DNA from: Setoptus koraiensis
Taxonomy: Eukaryota > Animalia > Arthropoda
Assembly (NCBI GenBank): GCA_048013815.1
Contig: CM106586.1
Location: 310,001 to 374,000, forward strand
Length of the DNA: 64,000 bases
Reading direction: 5' to 3'
The notes below the pieces were generated by a model. It saw only the letters and a program-made list of their open reading frames with translations. It was not told where the DNA came from and did no database searches. The position numbers were made by a program, and so were the translations under genes. Below are positions 22,588 through 34,540 of the stretch, one piece after another (the stretch's first letter is position 1; each line of letters starts with the position of its first letter).

Positions 22588-22795
22588 AGTCACTCTGTAG
22601 AGTCCCCCAAACGCTTGTAACAGGCTCCACTACAGCCTCTACTCCTCAATAGAGGAGCTGCAGTGGAGCCTGCGACCCACCTAGGGTCTGCCCTTGGCAG
22701 TGCTGCACCTTCCCCTATATAAGGGGGCAGCACTGCCAATCTGAATCAGTATCGTTTGTGAATTCATAAAATAAACATAGATATCATTTATTACA
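22504..22795 (+). repeat. Gypsy-2 3' LTR (292 bp)
   Basis: Matches the 5' LTR except for a 3-nt indel. Confidence 0.9.
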
Positions 22796-22799
22796 TATA

Positions 22800-23280
22800 T
22801 ATAAGATCTTTATTTGAATTTAGCATGAACAGGAATGGCTATACTCCCTGTGCGCTCGCCTTAAATAGGCGACGGCATAGCGTCGAGCGCACAGGGAGGC
22901 GGAGCGTTACAAGCGCACTACCACACAGCGCTTGTTGTGCGCTCTTGTGTGCGAGTTTATGATTGATTTGGCTGTGTGCTAGCGAGCAGCACAGTGTGTT
23001 TTATATAGGGTGGCTGGAGCAAGCGGGTCATTTTCTACTGTTTATGCTACGCTGCCTTCCACAGTGCATTTTCTTGAACGCACTGTGGTAGCCACACAAG
23101 CACAGATTGTATAAAAGGACACATTGCGCCTGCCGTGGCCCTAATCACACTCATTGCACTCAGCGCAGGAAGAGCACAAATTGTATGTTCTGTGCTTTCG
23201 TGCTGCACAGGTGTTTTTGTACGGTACGGCTTGCTCCAGCCACCCTATAGATGTCCGCTCTGCTTGAAACACCCTTTACT
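22800..23280 (-). repeat. Probable remainder (R/U3) of gypsy-1 5' LTR
   Basis: On minus strand: TATTTAA box in a hairpin, then AATAAA, joining 17244 across the TATA TSD; far boundary uncertain. Confidence 0.5.
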
Positions 23281-23682
23281 ACTTCATGTGCTTGTGGACT
23301 TTGTGTTTGTGTGCGAGGTATTTGTGTGCCTGCGCGTGAGCTCACGCGCTGTGTGCTAGAGACAATTCAGATCCTACTGGTTGAATGTAATAAATGATAA
23401 TATGATGTTTATTTACGAAATTCACAAACGATACTGACTCAGATTGGCAGTGCTGCCCCCTTATATAGGGGAAGGTGCAGCACTGCCAAGGGCAGACCCT
23501 AGGTGGGTCGCAGGCTCCACTGCAGCTCCTCTATTGAGGAGTAGAGGCTGTAGTGGAGCCTGTTACAAGCGTTTGGGGGACTCTACAGAGTGACTTTAAG
23601 GCCACTCTGTAGAGTCTTCATTAAAGTCGTTTAGCTGTTGTTGCTTGTTGTTGCTGCTGCTCCTGCTACAGCTGCCTTTAGA
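23280..23682 (-). mobile_element. Second gypsy-2-family 5' LTR (23386-23682) plus ~100 bp leader
   Basis: Reverse complement of 17245-17660; flanked by TATA at 23683-23686. Confidence 0.85.
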
Positions 23683-23699
23683 TATATGTGCCGAGACCA

Positions 23700-24070
23700 T
23701 ACATATAGCATTATTACACATAGAACTTTATAGCATAAACATATATAAATAAAGCATAGTATAGTAAAACCCTAACAAGCTATCACACGCACAATTAGCA
23801 CGGCCAAAGCTGCATTACTGTACTTCACTGTGTGATAGCTAAGGAGCGGACAGATCCTTGTAATCATGCGTACAATTAGCCTTGACCGCGACGAAAGGAG
23901 TCACATAGTGGTATAGCTGAGATCTCTAGTATTCTTAGCAACTACGTATGCATCAATTCATCGATTGCGAGCGCTAAAAGGTTGTCATAAACTCCTCCTA
24001 ATCTTTCAACGATAATCGTCCACATAAAAAATTTAGCGCTCGAAATACTGATTTGATCAGTATTACTTGT
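23700..24070 (+). mobile_element. HINE 3' portion
   Basis: AAATTTAGCGCTCGAAATACTGATTTGATCAGTATTACTTGT ends at 24070, followed by TTT; left boundary approximate. Confidence 0.8.
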
Positions 24071-25564
24071 TTTGTTGTAATATACCACCTATGCCTGTCG
24101 AGCATGCGTCCGTCTTGATTCTCGTCTCGCGTCTGTGGTCGTAACATGTTACACACAGATTAGATGATAATAACTCTTTCAAACGAACGAAAGTTTTTTC
24201 TTCTAAATCACCCCACTTCCACGCTGCTTTTTTGCGAGTTAGAGCCGAAAGTGGCTCGGTTTACTTAGCGAAATTTGGGACGAGTCTTCGATAATAGGAG
24301 ACCATACCATTAAATCTTTGCACATTGTTTGCGCAGTTGGGAGTTGGCATTTCTTTAATTGCTCTTACGTTCTCCGGGTCCGGCTTTATTCCGTCACTCG
24401 AAATTACGTGGCCCAGAAAAGTTAGTGTGTTTGTGCCTATCGTACATTTCGAAGGCTGGATCACTAAATCAGCCCCTTTTACGCATTGTAATACTTTGTC
24501 TACTGCGTTGACAGGCTCGGTCCATGATTTTGATGCAATGCATGTATCGTCGATGTGAACCATCAGGTCGACTCCTTTTAAGCCACTAAAAACGCTGTCG
24601 ACCAACTTTTGAAATGATGCTCCACTATTACTTAAACCAAATGGCATACAATTAAATTGCCAGTGGCCTTCATGGGTTCTGAAAGCGGTTATCTCTTTCG
24701 AACTTTGCTCCATGGTTATTTGCCAATACTCGCTAGCAAAGTCGAAAAGAGTGAAGTAATTCTTGTTGCCCATGAAGTCAAGACAATCGTCAAGTCTCGG
24801 AAGAGGATATACGTTCTTTTTCGTGACTTCGTTCACTTTACGATAGTCAACGCAAAATCTCCACTGGCCATTTTTCTTTTTCACTAAAACACAAGCGCTG
24901 GCCCAGGGAGATTTCGACTCTTCTATGATACCTTTGTCAAGCATATCGGCTATTTGCTCCCTTACTGCTTTCTTTTCGATTTCAGCGTGGCGTCTCAAGG
25001 GTTCAGCTATCGGCTTTTCTCCTTCGATAAGTTCTATCTTATGCTCAGAAAGGTTCGTACGCCCCAACTGGCCGTTGTACGCGAAGACGGTGCTATATTT
25101 TGTCATTAATTGTTTAACGTCCGCGATCTGTTTCTGGTCGAGGTTTTCGCCGACGTTGATAGTATTACCTTTCTCATCTATTTCGACCAACAAATTTGTG
25201 CTTACAGTTGTGGTTGCCTTTTTGCTGGTCGTAGATTCAAATCTGCCTATGACGGCCCCAGCTTGCACTTGGACGCTACATTGTGTTGGGTTCATTAGTA
25301 CCACTGATTTGTCGTTTTCACTGCCGCAAATTGTATCACCGATCTTTAGTTCGGTGACTGTATTTGTTGGTAGCATGATACATTCACAGTTGCAGGCAGC
25401 CCTTACTGGTAATAATAATTGCGATCGTGGAGGAATTTTAGTTGTCGTTTTAGCGAATATTGGGCCTCCTTCGTCGATCATGTCGATTGCGTTAATCGTA
25501 GTCGTCTCTTCGTCTGCAAACGACAAAGAATCGTCGTTATTATTAACCGACATTTTAAATAATT
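24071..25564 (-). pseudogene. pol: Gypsy-3 pol fragment (dUTPase-like spacer, RT, start of RNase H)
   Basis: FCVDYRK, MPFGL, HIDD, then past a stop KTDAC..GIGGILQQ; bounded by a HINE end and a MITE end. Confidence 0.9.
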
Positions 25565-27994
25565 GGGTGTTCTTGCGAACTGGGCGTAGCTCAGTTCACG
25601 ACGAATTCATGGTATGAGTGTCACTGAGGTCCCTGACAAGAAATATTTTGGACCGGAAGTGTAGAAACTTCTGGTTCCGGTTTTAGCTTCATCTTTGAGA
25701 TACAGCATTGAAACTCGTTATGTTAGTACATCAGACTATGACTACCCCGATGACATCATTATCAAATCTCTACAACTTCTGGTTCTCGAAATATTCAGGA
25801 AAATTGCATGTATGGGCGAATCTAGACTGGTCTGGGTCTGTTCAGGGTTGTTCTAGCGAATAGTGCCACACCCAGATTCTGTTGAAACTTCCGGTATAGG
25901 TTCATCTTGACCTAGATAGAACGAAAAAAGTGGTCCGGAAGTGCGGAAACTTCCGGTTCCGGTTTTACCTTAAGTTAGAGCTAGAGATCTGAAACTCACC
26001 ATAATAGCGTTCCTAAAGACGCTCAACACGATGGCATAATTTTCAGCTCGGTGTAACTTCCGGTTCTCGAAATATTGGCATATTTATTGGTTCAGAAGAC
26101 CGAACCAATGACGAATTTCAGCTTCGCTGCACTCGGGGATGAACTTGCGATGGGTCTGAGAACTCGGCCCGCGGCCTCGTAATTTGGAGGCCGTCACATC
26201 TCCGTCGTCGCTCCCGCGACGACTGCGTGCGACGGGATCCCTTCGGGTAGGGTTGATGAGCGCTTCGGGTATCGGGCTACGCCCTCTACCCTCCGCTCAC
26301 GTGACTGCAAACCACGGAAAATTCTTTGTTGAAAAAATGCGACGATAGAAACTGAATTCATCACAATGATGCGTATCATCAAGAATCGGAGGGATATCAG
26401 GATGAATTGGCGCACGTATATATTCGTGCGCGCGGATGCTTCGTTCCGAGCGGAATACCCGCGCGGTTTTTCCTGAATATCTCTAGAACCAGAAGCCACA
26501 CACAAGTGAAATGAACTCCGTTGCACACAGCACGTCCGCATCCTGCTGTTTATCAAGTTTCATGGCTCTAGATTGAAGTTTGTGTAAAACCGGAACCGGA
26601 AGTTTACGCATTTCCGGACTAGCAAATCCGTTGTTGTGGGGCCCTTCGGGGCGCATGTGTGAAGTTTGGGCTGTTGTAGCGAACTGGGCGTAGTTCAGAT
26701 CGCGACGAAACTCACAGTGTGAGTACTTTGGAGGTCCCTGATGAAAAATTTTTTGGACCGGAAGTGTAGAAACCACTGCTTCCGGTTCTAGCCTCGGCTT
26801 CAAGCTAGAAACTTGAAACTTGGTATGTCGGTATATTCGACCACACTTAGTCCAATGAGATAGATTTCGAATTTCTATAACTTCCGGTTGCAGAGATATT
26901 CAGGAATTTCATGCAGATTAACGTATTCAGACGGTGCTTGCGCGAACCCTAAGCCTAGCTGGCTAGAGCAAGGTTAATTGAGTACATAATTGGTCGAAAC
27001 CCGGCCCGATCACGGGCCCCGCCCACTTGACCCCCAGTCCTCGGGAAGAATCTTTTTTAGTTAGGTGGCCGTCAGTCGTCCCGCCGGAGGCCGCAGGCCG
27101 TAGGCGTGGACGACTGGAGGCCGAACCCCTCCTCCGACCCGGGCCCAAGATGCATGGCAGACGGAAGGGCTATTGTATATTATACACAAGTGAGCATGGG
27201 TACCCCGCGTACCTCGTGCTACCCGCAACGGTCATGCCGCATTCATGCGGTTGTGATTATTACCCTCGCGTAGCCTATTGCATACTCGGATACCCGAAAT
27301 ACCCGGGTAAATCGCAGTATCGCACATCGGGTTCATTTTCACACTTCCGGTATACGATCTCTGAGATAAATATACTTGTCTGTACCTGGCTGTATCAAAA
27401 ATACCTTCAAAAAAAAACAGTGGGAACCGATAGCGGTCGTCGGGTACCTCAAAACGCCCACTGTGCGGTACCTCGGGTAACTCGACAACTGTAAATTTCT
27501 ACATCTTATAGATACCCATTCGGGTATCAGGGCACTAGACCATACTCAAAAATACCCAAAATACCCAGATCGGAACTACGCCCAGTTCGCTACAACAGCC
27601 CAACCCCGGCCTTCGGCCGAGTAATTGTCACACACCCGAACACCAGAAACGATGCGAATGCGTGCCAGGCTGAGTGCGGCTCGTGAGACGTCAGATGTGA
27701 CTCGAATTGCGTGACCGGAAGTTGGTCCAACAGTGAATGGTGACTATCTCCTGAGTGGATGATTGTAAGGGTGAGATTCTAACTGCATGTTAACTGTGGT
27801 ATCTGAACCTATTCGAAAATACCTAAATTTCTAGTCTGAGGCACTCCTGAGGCCTGAAAATGCTTTTCCCCGTTTCTCCGGAAGTAGAAATTTCCGCACT
27901 TCCGGACCTTCAAAAACGTTCTTTGGGGCCGCCCCGCGGCCCTTGTGTGGAGTTTGAAGGAAATCGGGCTTGGCCGTTGTTCGCTACTACACCC
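25565..27994. mobile_element. Cluster of nested or truncated family-M MITEs
   Basis: Left TIRs at 25565, 25846, 26669; right TIRs at 27600, 27994; 26669/27600 share GGCTGTTGTAGCGAACTGGGCGTAGTTC; no matching TSDs. Confidence 0.8.
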
Positions 27995-28328
27995 CAAAGT
28001 TGAAAAGATGGCCACTGCGGAGCTCAGCGAGCTCACAGGTAATACCGAAATTGCGAACATAAACCCAGAAGACACTCAGCTAATTCACATTGGAGAGGGG
28101 GATAGTGAGAATAGCTTAGTTTTTCGTTTTTCGGTCAGCTACGACAGTGATAGTGGACTAAATTGGCTAATTCTTGGTGGATTAGGTCCTTTTATTTTGG
28201 CTTTTCTCCTTGGAACGGTGGTGCGCAAGCTAATAATTTCTTGGTCATGCAAAAAGCAGCAAAAAAGTGGCCAAAGGAAGGACAGAAATGTGAACCATCC
28301 CATGGCCAAGAGAAAACCTCTCTACTGA
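27995..28328 (+). pseudogene. C-terminal fragment of a single-pass membrane protein
   Basis: WLILGGLGPFILAFLLGTVV followed by a basic tail, stop and AATAAA; 5' end cut by MITE TIR. Confidence 0.3.
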
Positions 28329-28615
28329 ATAGAATTCAACAACCTATGTAATACATTTGCCTAGACAATAAAATAAAATTTTATTAAAAATAGCCCATAG
28401 CCTGCCCATAGTCTGCCCATAGCCTGCCCAGAGCAGCCCCCATGCTGCCCGCCGCCCCTACTCTGCCCGTCTCGCCCAAAAACTGCCCGCTCATTTCTTG
28501 CCCATTGGGCGGCTGCCCACCGCCCCTGTGCCGCACACGGGCATGCCCCACCGCCCATCGATGCACATGTGCCTACCCAATGGGCTAGCTATCTGCCCCC
28601 AGCACTACCCGCTAC

Positions 28616-29690
28616 GACACAATAAGGCTCATGTTTGCGATAACATGTCATGAACGCTATGAAATCATGCAATTTGACATTGCTACAGCGTTCTTACATG
28701 GTGACCTCAAAGGGGAGGTGTATCTCTCATCCCTTGCTGGTGTAATCTGCCCGAGAGACAAAGCTTCGCGCCTAAATAAGTCATTTTAACAATCCCCAGA
28801 ATGTTGGAACGAAAAAGTTTAAGCTAATTCTGCAGGAAATAGGGCTGAAAGCAACACAGACAGATCCTTGCTTGTATACAGGAAGTTTTCTGAACAAACA
28901 AGTCCTGCTGGTCATCTATATCGACGACGGGATGGTCGTCGGCGAAGACAAAGAAGTGTTAACAGCACTAAATGATCAGATAAGTCAAAAGGTTCGAACA
29001 AGATTTGTCGAAACCAAGATGTTCATTGGTTTCGAAATGGAAAGGAACAAGGGGATGATAAAACTTCATCAGGCAGGATACATAAAGACGATGCTGGAAG
29101 TGTTCAACTTGAGCGAGAGCAAATCTATCTTAGTGCCTATCGCCAATGTCGAACAATTGCTAAAAGACAACGAAGCAGATATTCCTGCCAGCGCACCGCA
29201 AAGAGAGATAATTGGCGGCCTGAATTACTGTGCCTTATTTGATATTTGCTTTGCCGTCAACCGCTTGGCATCGTTTTCTAACGCGCTGAAAGTCAAACAT
29301 TGGCAAGCGGCAAAACAAATCCTACGGTACATGAAAGGGACGATAGACCATGGCATCGTGTTTGCTCACCACGACAGCCTCACAATCAGATGTTTATCTG
29401 AAGCCGAATTCGGTGGAGACACTATAAACCGAAAATCAACAACAGGCATTCTGCTAGAGGTCAGCCGAGGGCCTGTAGCATATCAGAGCAAACAGCAAGC
29501 GTCAGTGGCATTGTCCAGCACTGAGGCAGAGTTCATAGCGGCAAGCACCGCTGCCAGTGAACTTGCCTGGCTGCACAATATCCTAGATGAAGCGAAACTT
29601 AGACTAGTATCCACTACATTTTTTGCCGACAACCAAGCTGCCATAAGGCTAATTGAGTCAGATGAATTCCGTGCTAGAACCAAGCATAGA
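28616..29690 (+). pseudogene. pol: Ty1/copia RT-RNase H fragment
   Basis: QFDIATAFLHG, YIDD, SSTEAEFIA, DNQAAI, RTKH; stops and frameshifts; ends at MITE TIR. Confidence 0.9.
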
Positions 29691-30040
29691 AGGTGTTGTA
29701 GCGATTAAGTCCCCACTCAGAATCTGATGGAACTTGACACACGGGCCCCGCAGGGGCCATATATTATGGATTGAGTATTCCGGAAGTGCGGAAACTTCCG
29801 GCTCCGGAGATGCAAAAATATTGAGATGGAGAAACTTCAGAATCAGATGGTAGATACATAGCGAAGTATAATGAGATCAAAATTAATCCGCTTTGACTTC
29901 CAGTTCATAAGATATATAGGTTCAACCAAATTTTGGCGTCCGGCCGGCTCTGTGCGGTTGCAGTCAGCGGACCCATACTGTGCTGTGACTGCGCGACACC
30001 ATGTATCCGCCCATGTCTCATTCATTTTGCTCTACAATTC
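29691..30040. mobile_element. Left part of family-M MITE
   Basis: (A)GGTGTTGTAGCGATTAAGTCCCC TIR and CCGGAAGTGCGGAAACTTCCGG core; right boundary approximate. Confidence 0.75.
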
Positions 30041-30196
30041 TCCCATTCTCTATTGTGCGGTTGGCCGGTTTCTTACTTCCATCCGCGTATGGATTGGAGT
30101 AATGTGAGCCGGCAGGGAATTGGATATTTCGTATTGTCGAAAATGTATATACTGTGTTTGGGGAATTAAGTGCAAGGTGATTGCTGAATGAACCAA

Positions 30197-30450
30197 TGAA
30201 AAATTAATGAGCTTGATGTGCTCGCCTTGGATATTGCAAAGGTAACTTCTCTCAATTATCCAGAGATCAAATACAATCAGGACCAGCTCGATCGTGCCGC
30301 TTATTCTTGTCAACAATATTTTGAGAGACCAACTAGGATGGTTCGCCATGGAAAGATACAAGACCAAAGGAAAGTCAAGTTCATGAATGTATCCAATTTA
30401 AGCGCAAGGCCAATCCAACAATTATCAAGAATTACGATGTTGTCAGTTTT
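30197..30450 (+). pseudogene. Diverged paralogue fragment of the 585-aa antisense orphan gene
   Basis: LALDIAKVTSLNYPEIKYNQDQLDRAAYSCQQYFERPTRMVRHG aligns to residues ~58-102 of 44990-46747; after a 1-nt deletion FKRKANPTIIKNYDVVSF matches FKRKANLAIVRNYDVVSF; cut by HINE. Confidence 0.85.
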
Positions 30451-30822
30451 TAGCGCTTAATTTTAATTAAGTTGCTATTCGTGTGGTGATGATGGATACG
30501 TTTATTCACGTGAGTAGAACAAATCAGTGCAATTTTTTATCTAGGGAAAATTAGCACAAGGAAGGCACCTGGAAGCATCTGGTTTGTTATTACAGTGGAA
30601 GCTAGGAGGCGGAGTCATTGGAAAACAATTATACAGTGGAAGCTTAGATGCTTACTAGTCAAAATTAGAACCAAGAATGCTAGCTGTTTACAAATTGGAA
30701 TTAGCACTAGGGAAGCTAGAAAGGCGAAAACTAGGTAGATTTAGTACAATAGAACGCTTAAATGTTGGTTTTTTAAATTTAACACAGGAACAGCTAGGAG
30801 GCAAAATCACTAGGAAACAATG
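30449..30822 (+). mobile_element. HINE 5' portion
   Basis: TTTTTAGCGCTTAATTTTAATTAAG start; ends AAACAATG at MITE. Confidence 0.8.
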
Positions 30823-31702
30823 GGTTGTTCTAGCGATTAGGTCCCAGCGCCGATTATGATGAAACTTCCGGTACAGGTTCATCTTGACCCAAAACCATCA
30901 GGAAAAGTGGTCCGGAAGTGCGGAAACTTCCGGTTCCGGATTTACATAAAAGTTGAATCTAGAGCTCTGAAATTTACTACAGAGACGTTTCAAGATACGA
31001 TGAAAAAGATGACATAAATTTAAGCTATGTGCGAAATAAGGTTTTAGAGATATATAGATAATACTAGGGTTAGAATACCTGAAGTGACAAAATTATTTCT
31101 TCGATGCACTCAGGGGATGCACATGCGGTGTGTCTGAGAACTCGGCCTGCGGCCTCGTATTCTGGAGGCCGTCACATCTCCGTCGTCGCTCCCGCGACGA
31201 CTGCGTGCGACGGGAACCCTTCGGGTAGGGTTGATGAGCGCTTCGGGTATCGGGCTGCGCCCTCTACCCTCCGCTCACATGACTGCAATCCATACACGAA
31301 TGATAGAAAAAGAACGAAATGGGGACGCATGGAAGGCTCTGAACATGTATCCGGCACAGAAAAGGAGCTGCGCATCCTTAAGTGTTGAACAGAATGGGCC
31401 TGATAGCGCACGTATTTGTTCGTGCGCGCGGGTATTCCGTCCCGTCTACGCCCCTGCAGCGGTTTCATCCAGATATCTCGTCAACCGGAAGTGAGACAAA
31501 TTTGAAATTGACGTTATCGTACTCTGCGTGCTCTGATTCACATGTATAGTGAGTTTCAAGCCTGTATCTCATTTTTTTTGTAAAACCGGAACCGGAAGTT
31601 TCCGCACTTCCGGACCACCGAGGTTATTGTTTTTGGGCCCTACGGGCCCCGTGTGTGAAGTTTCATCGAAATCTGACTGGGGCACTATTCGCTACAACAC
31701 CC
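30823..31702. mobile_element. MITE family M, 880 bp, flanks not duplicated
   Basis: TIRs GGTTGTTCTAGCGA.. / ..TCGCTACAACACCC; flanks AAACAATG vs CAATCTTC. Confidence 0.85.
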
Positions 31703-32044
31703 CAATCTTCTAGTTCTGACGCCTCTAGCTTCCCGTGCACTAAATCAGAATTGTCGACAGCTAGCCTTCTGCTGTGCTAAATTCATCTAGTTAGCATCTC
31801 AGCTTTGAGCGTGCTAATCGCGTCTAGTAAGTGAACGCGCATAGCATTCTATGTGCTAAATTCAACTAATCAACATTGTAAGCTTTGAGTGTTCTGAATT
31901 TATCTAGTTTATTTCTCATAGTGCAGCTTTCACCGTGCTATTTTTCCCTAGTTGAGAAAAGCGCTGATTTGTTCTACTCACGTGAATAAACGTAGAGCCC
32001 AGAACCATCCCAATAGCTGCTTAATTAAAATTAAGCGCTAAAAA
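31703..32044 (-). mobile_element. HINE 5' portion
   Basis: Ends TTAATTAAAATTAAGCGCTAAAAA; matches 5500-5843. Confidence 0.8.
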
Positions 32045-33023
32045 TTTGTCCGGAAGCCAGGAAACTTCCAGTTCCGGTTTGACATAAAGTTGAAGCTAGA
32101 GATCTGAAACTCACTAGACCGACGTTTCAAAGAACGCTGAACAGGATGGCATACTTTTCAGCTCTGTGCGACTTCCGGTTTTCAAGATATCAGCATATTT
32201 ATAGGTTTGGAAGACCGGAAGTTGACGAATTTCAGCTTCGCTGCACTCGGGTATGAACCTGCGAAAGGTCTGAGAACTCGGCCTGCGGCCTCGTAATTTG
32301 GAGGCCGTCACATCTCCGTCGTCGCTCCCGCGACGACTACGTGCGACGGGAACCCTTCGGGTAGGGTTGATGAGCGCTTCGGGTATCGGGCTGCGCTCTC
32401 TACCCTCCGCTCACATGACTGCAATCCAGACACTGATGTTTGGAATGGCAGAAGAAAATGATGATACATAGTGCCGCGCATACGTGGCACAGAATGAGTC
32501 CGCTGAACGAAACCGCACAGACTGTTAGAGAGAAACAACACACAGCAGAGTGAGTGCGACCATCTATTATATTGTAAGCACACATTGCGCTTGCGCAACA
32601 TACGCTATATATATGATTGTTAAGCACAAAGATGCACACTAGCCAATATAGCTGCCATTAAATAACGCCACTAGCGAATGTAACTGCATTCAATAAACAT
32701 CTATAGTAAAATATATACAGCCCCAGTCTCTACCTTCTGTTCAATTTTCTCTCATACAGACCCGGCCGCACCCTCGGATCAACTTGGACCTCTTTATCTA
32801 TCGAACCGGAAGTCATAGAAAATTAATTTTGATGCCATTATGTTCCCCGGGGTGTCTCCTATCTAATTCTGAAATTTGGCAGCTCTATCTCGATATTTTT
32901 GTATCTCCGGAACCGGAAATTTCCTGGCATCCGGAATACTTAATTCATAGTATGGGGTCCCTACGGGGCCTCTGTGTGAAGTTTCATCGAAATCCGAGTG
33001 GGGACCTAATCGCTACAACACCC
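32045..33023. mobile_element. Family-M MITE lacking left terminus
   Basis: GC-rich core at 32275-32428; right TIR GGGACCTAATCGCTACAACACCC at 33001-33023. Confidence 0.8.
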
Positions 33024-34240
33024 TTTTGATTCCTGCGAGGTGGTGCAGGCGGTGCTTCTATTGGTTCTGCATTTGTTTGCTCATCAGTATGTGTTGTTTG
33101 CTTGTCCTGTTTATAGTAATAAATACGGCTGACGTGGGCTGTTGTTATTTGTTTCCCTTTGGAATAAACCTCATCTGATAATTTTAATTTATAGATGTTG
33201 TTCGGCAGGCATTGTATTATGCGATATGGGCCTCGAAAACGTTTCGAAAATTTCGTCGTCCCTTCCACGGACTTTTGTGGAAAGAATACTTTTACGATGT
33301 CGTTCAATTTGAACTTTACATCTTGATGTCGATCGTCGTATATCTTTTTGCCGCTGCTGTTGGATTTCATTATGGCTTCTCTGGCCTTTGCATGTACAAG
33401 AGTAAGCTTATTTGCCAGCCCGTCAATGTATATGTCGGCTGTGCTTTTTAGTATTATGGGGTCGTTGGGTATTCGTCCCCTTCTGCCAAATAGAAGCTCG
33501 TAAGGCGTGAAGCCTGTGGACTTGTGCCGAGTGGTGTTTATGGAGAGGGTAGTAAAAGGGAGCGTCTCGTCCTATTGTTTATCTGTGTCATTATCAATAG
33601 ACATGGCTAATTTGTCTTTTACTGTTTGGATAGTTCTTTCCACCATCCCATTGCCCTCATGGTGGTATGGCGTGGAAAAAGACAATTCGATGGACAGTAA
33701 TCGTCCCAAATCTGTGACGATTTTCGCTGCAAAGCAGGGCGCGTTGTCCATATGGAGCTTTTGTGGTGCTCCTAATGTGGGTAAGATTTTGTTGATAATG
33801 AAGTCGGTTACTATTCCTCCGCTGGTTGTCTTTGTCGGCATAGTAATTATGTATCTCGTGAAACAATCCACAGCTACCAGTTGTTCTGCTTTTTGGTCAT
33901 CGAAAGAGGTCCATAGAAGTCTAATGCGAGCATAGAGAGCGGTTCGTAGATCTCGAACGAAGACATCAAGCCTTGCTCTTTTGTTCGTTGTTGTTTATAC
34001 AGCTGGCAAACTTCGCGTGTTTGCACAAACTCTTCAATCTCTTTGCTCATGCCTGGCCAAAAGTAAATTTCTTTTATTTTGAGTACTGTTTGTTCAATGC
34101 CGGAGTGCCCCCCAGCTGCTGTCATGTGTTTGTCGTCTAAGATTTTCTTCCTGTGCTTGGAAGACACATACAATCTATCTTTTTTATAGTTGTAGCCTCT
34201 GATCATAGAGTATTCTGTCTCGCCTCTTTTAACTTGCACT
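33024..34240 (-). pseudogene. pol: Gypsy integrase fragment with stops
   Basis: HMTAAGGH..C zinc finger, DFYGP, HMDNA, YHHEGNGMVER, GPY. Confidence 0.85.
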
Positions 34241-34540
34241 CCTAGCTTCCCTAGTGCTAAATTCAATTTGTAAACAGCTAGTACTATCGCATGCTAATTT
34301 TTACTAGTTAGTGTCTCAGCCTCTATTGTATAATTAATTTCTGATAACTCCGCCTCCTAGCATTCCCTGTACTAACAAATTAGATATAACCTACGATGAA
34401 ACCCACGAGATGCTTCCCGACGCCTTCGCTCTACTAATTTTTTCTAGAAAAAAATAGCACTGATTTGTTCTGTCACGTGAATAAACGTAGTCATAATCAC
34501 CACCCCAATAGCAACTTAATTAAAATTAAGCGCTAAAAAA
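34240..34540 (-). mobile_element. HINE 5' portion
   Basis: Reverse complement of 30449-30730; ends AAGCGCTAAAAAA. Confidence 0.8.

Larger units (their letters stand above)
17245..22795 (+). mobile_element. Complete Ty3/gypsy-2 element nested in gypsy-1 5' LTR, TATA TSD
   Basis: Near-identical LTRs 17245-17539 and 22504-22795; PPT GGAGGGGGAGGAA before 22504; TATA at 17241-17244 and 22796-22799. Confidence 0.9.

Noticed and set aside
25575-25620. tRNA-like GGGCGTAGCTCAGTT
   Set aside because: Part of a MITE TIR subtype; no B-box, T-loop or cloverleaf follows.
28390-28615. TGCCC(AT)-rich GC block as a promoter or gene
   Set aside because: Short-motif repetitive tract, probably subterminal DNA of an unidentified transposon; boundaries unsupported.
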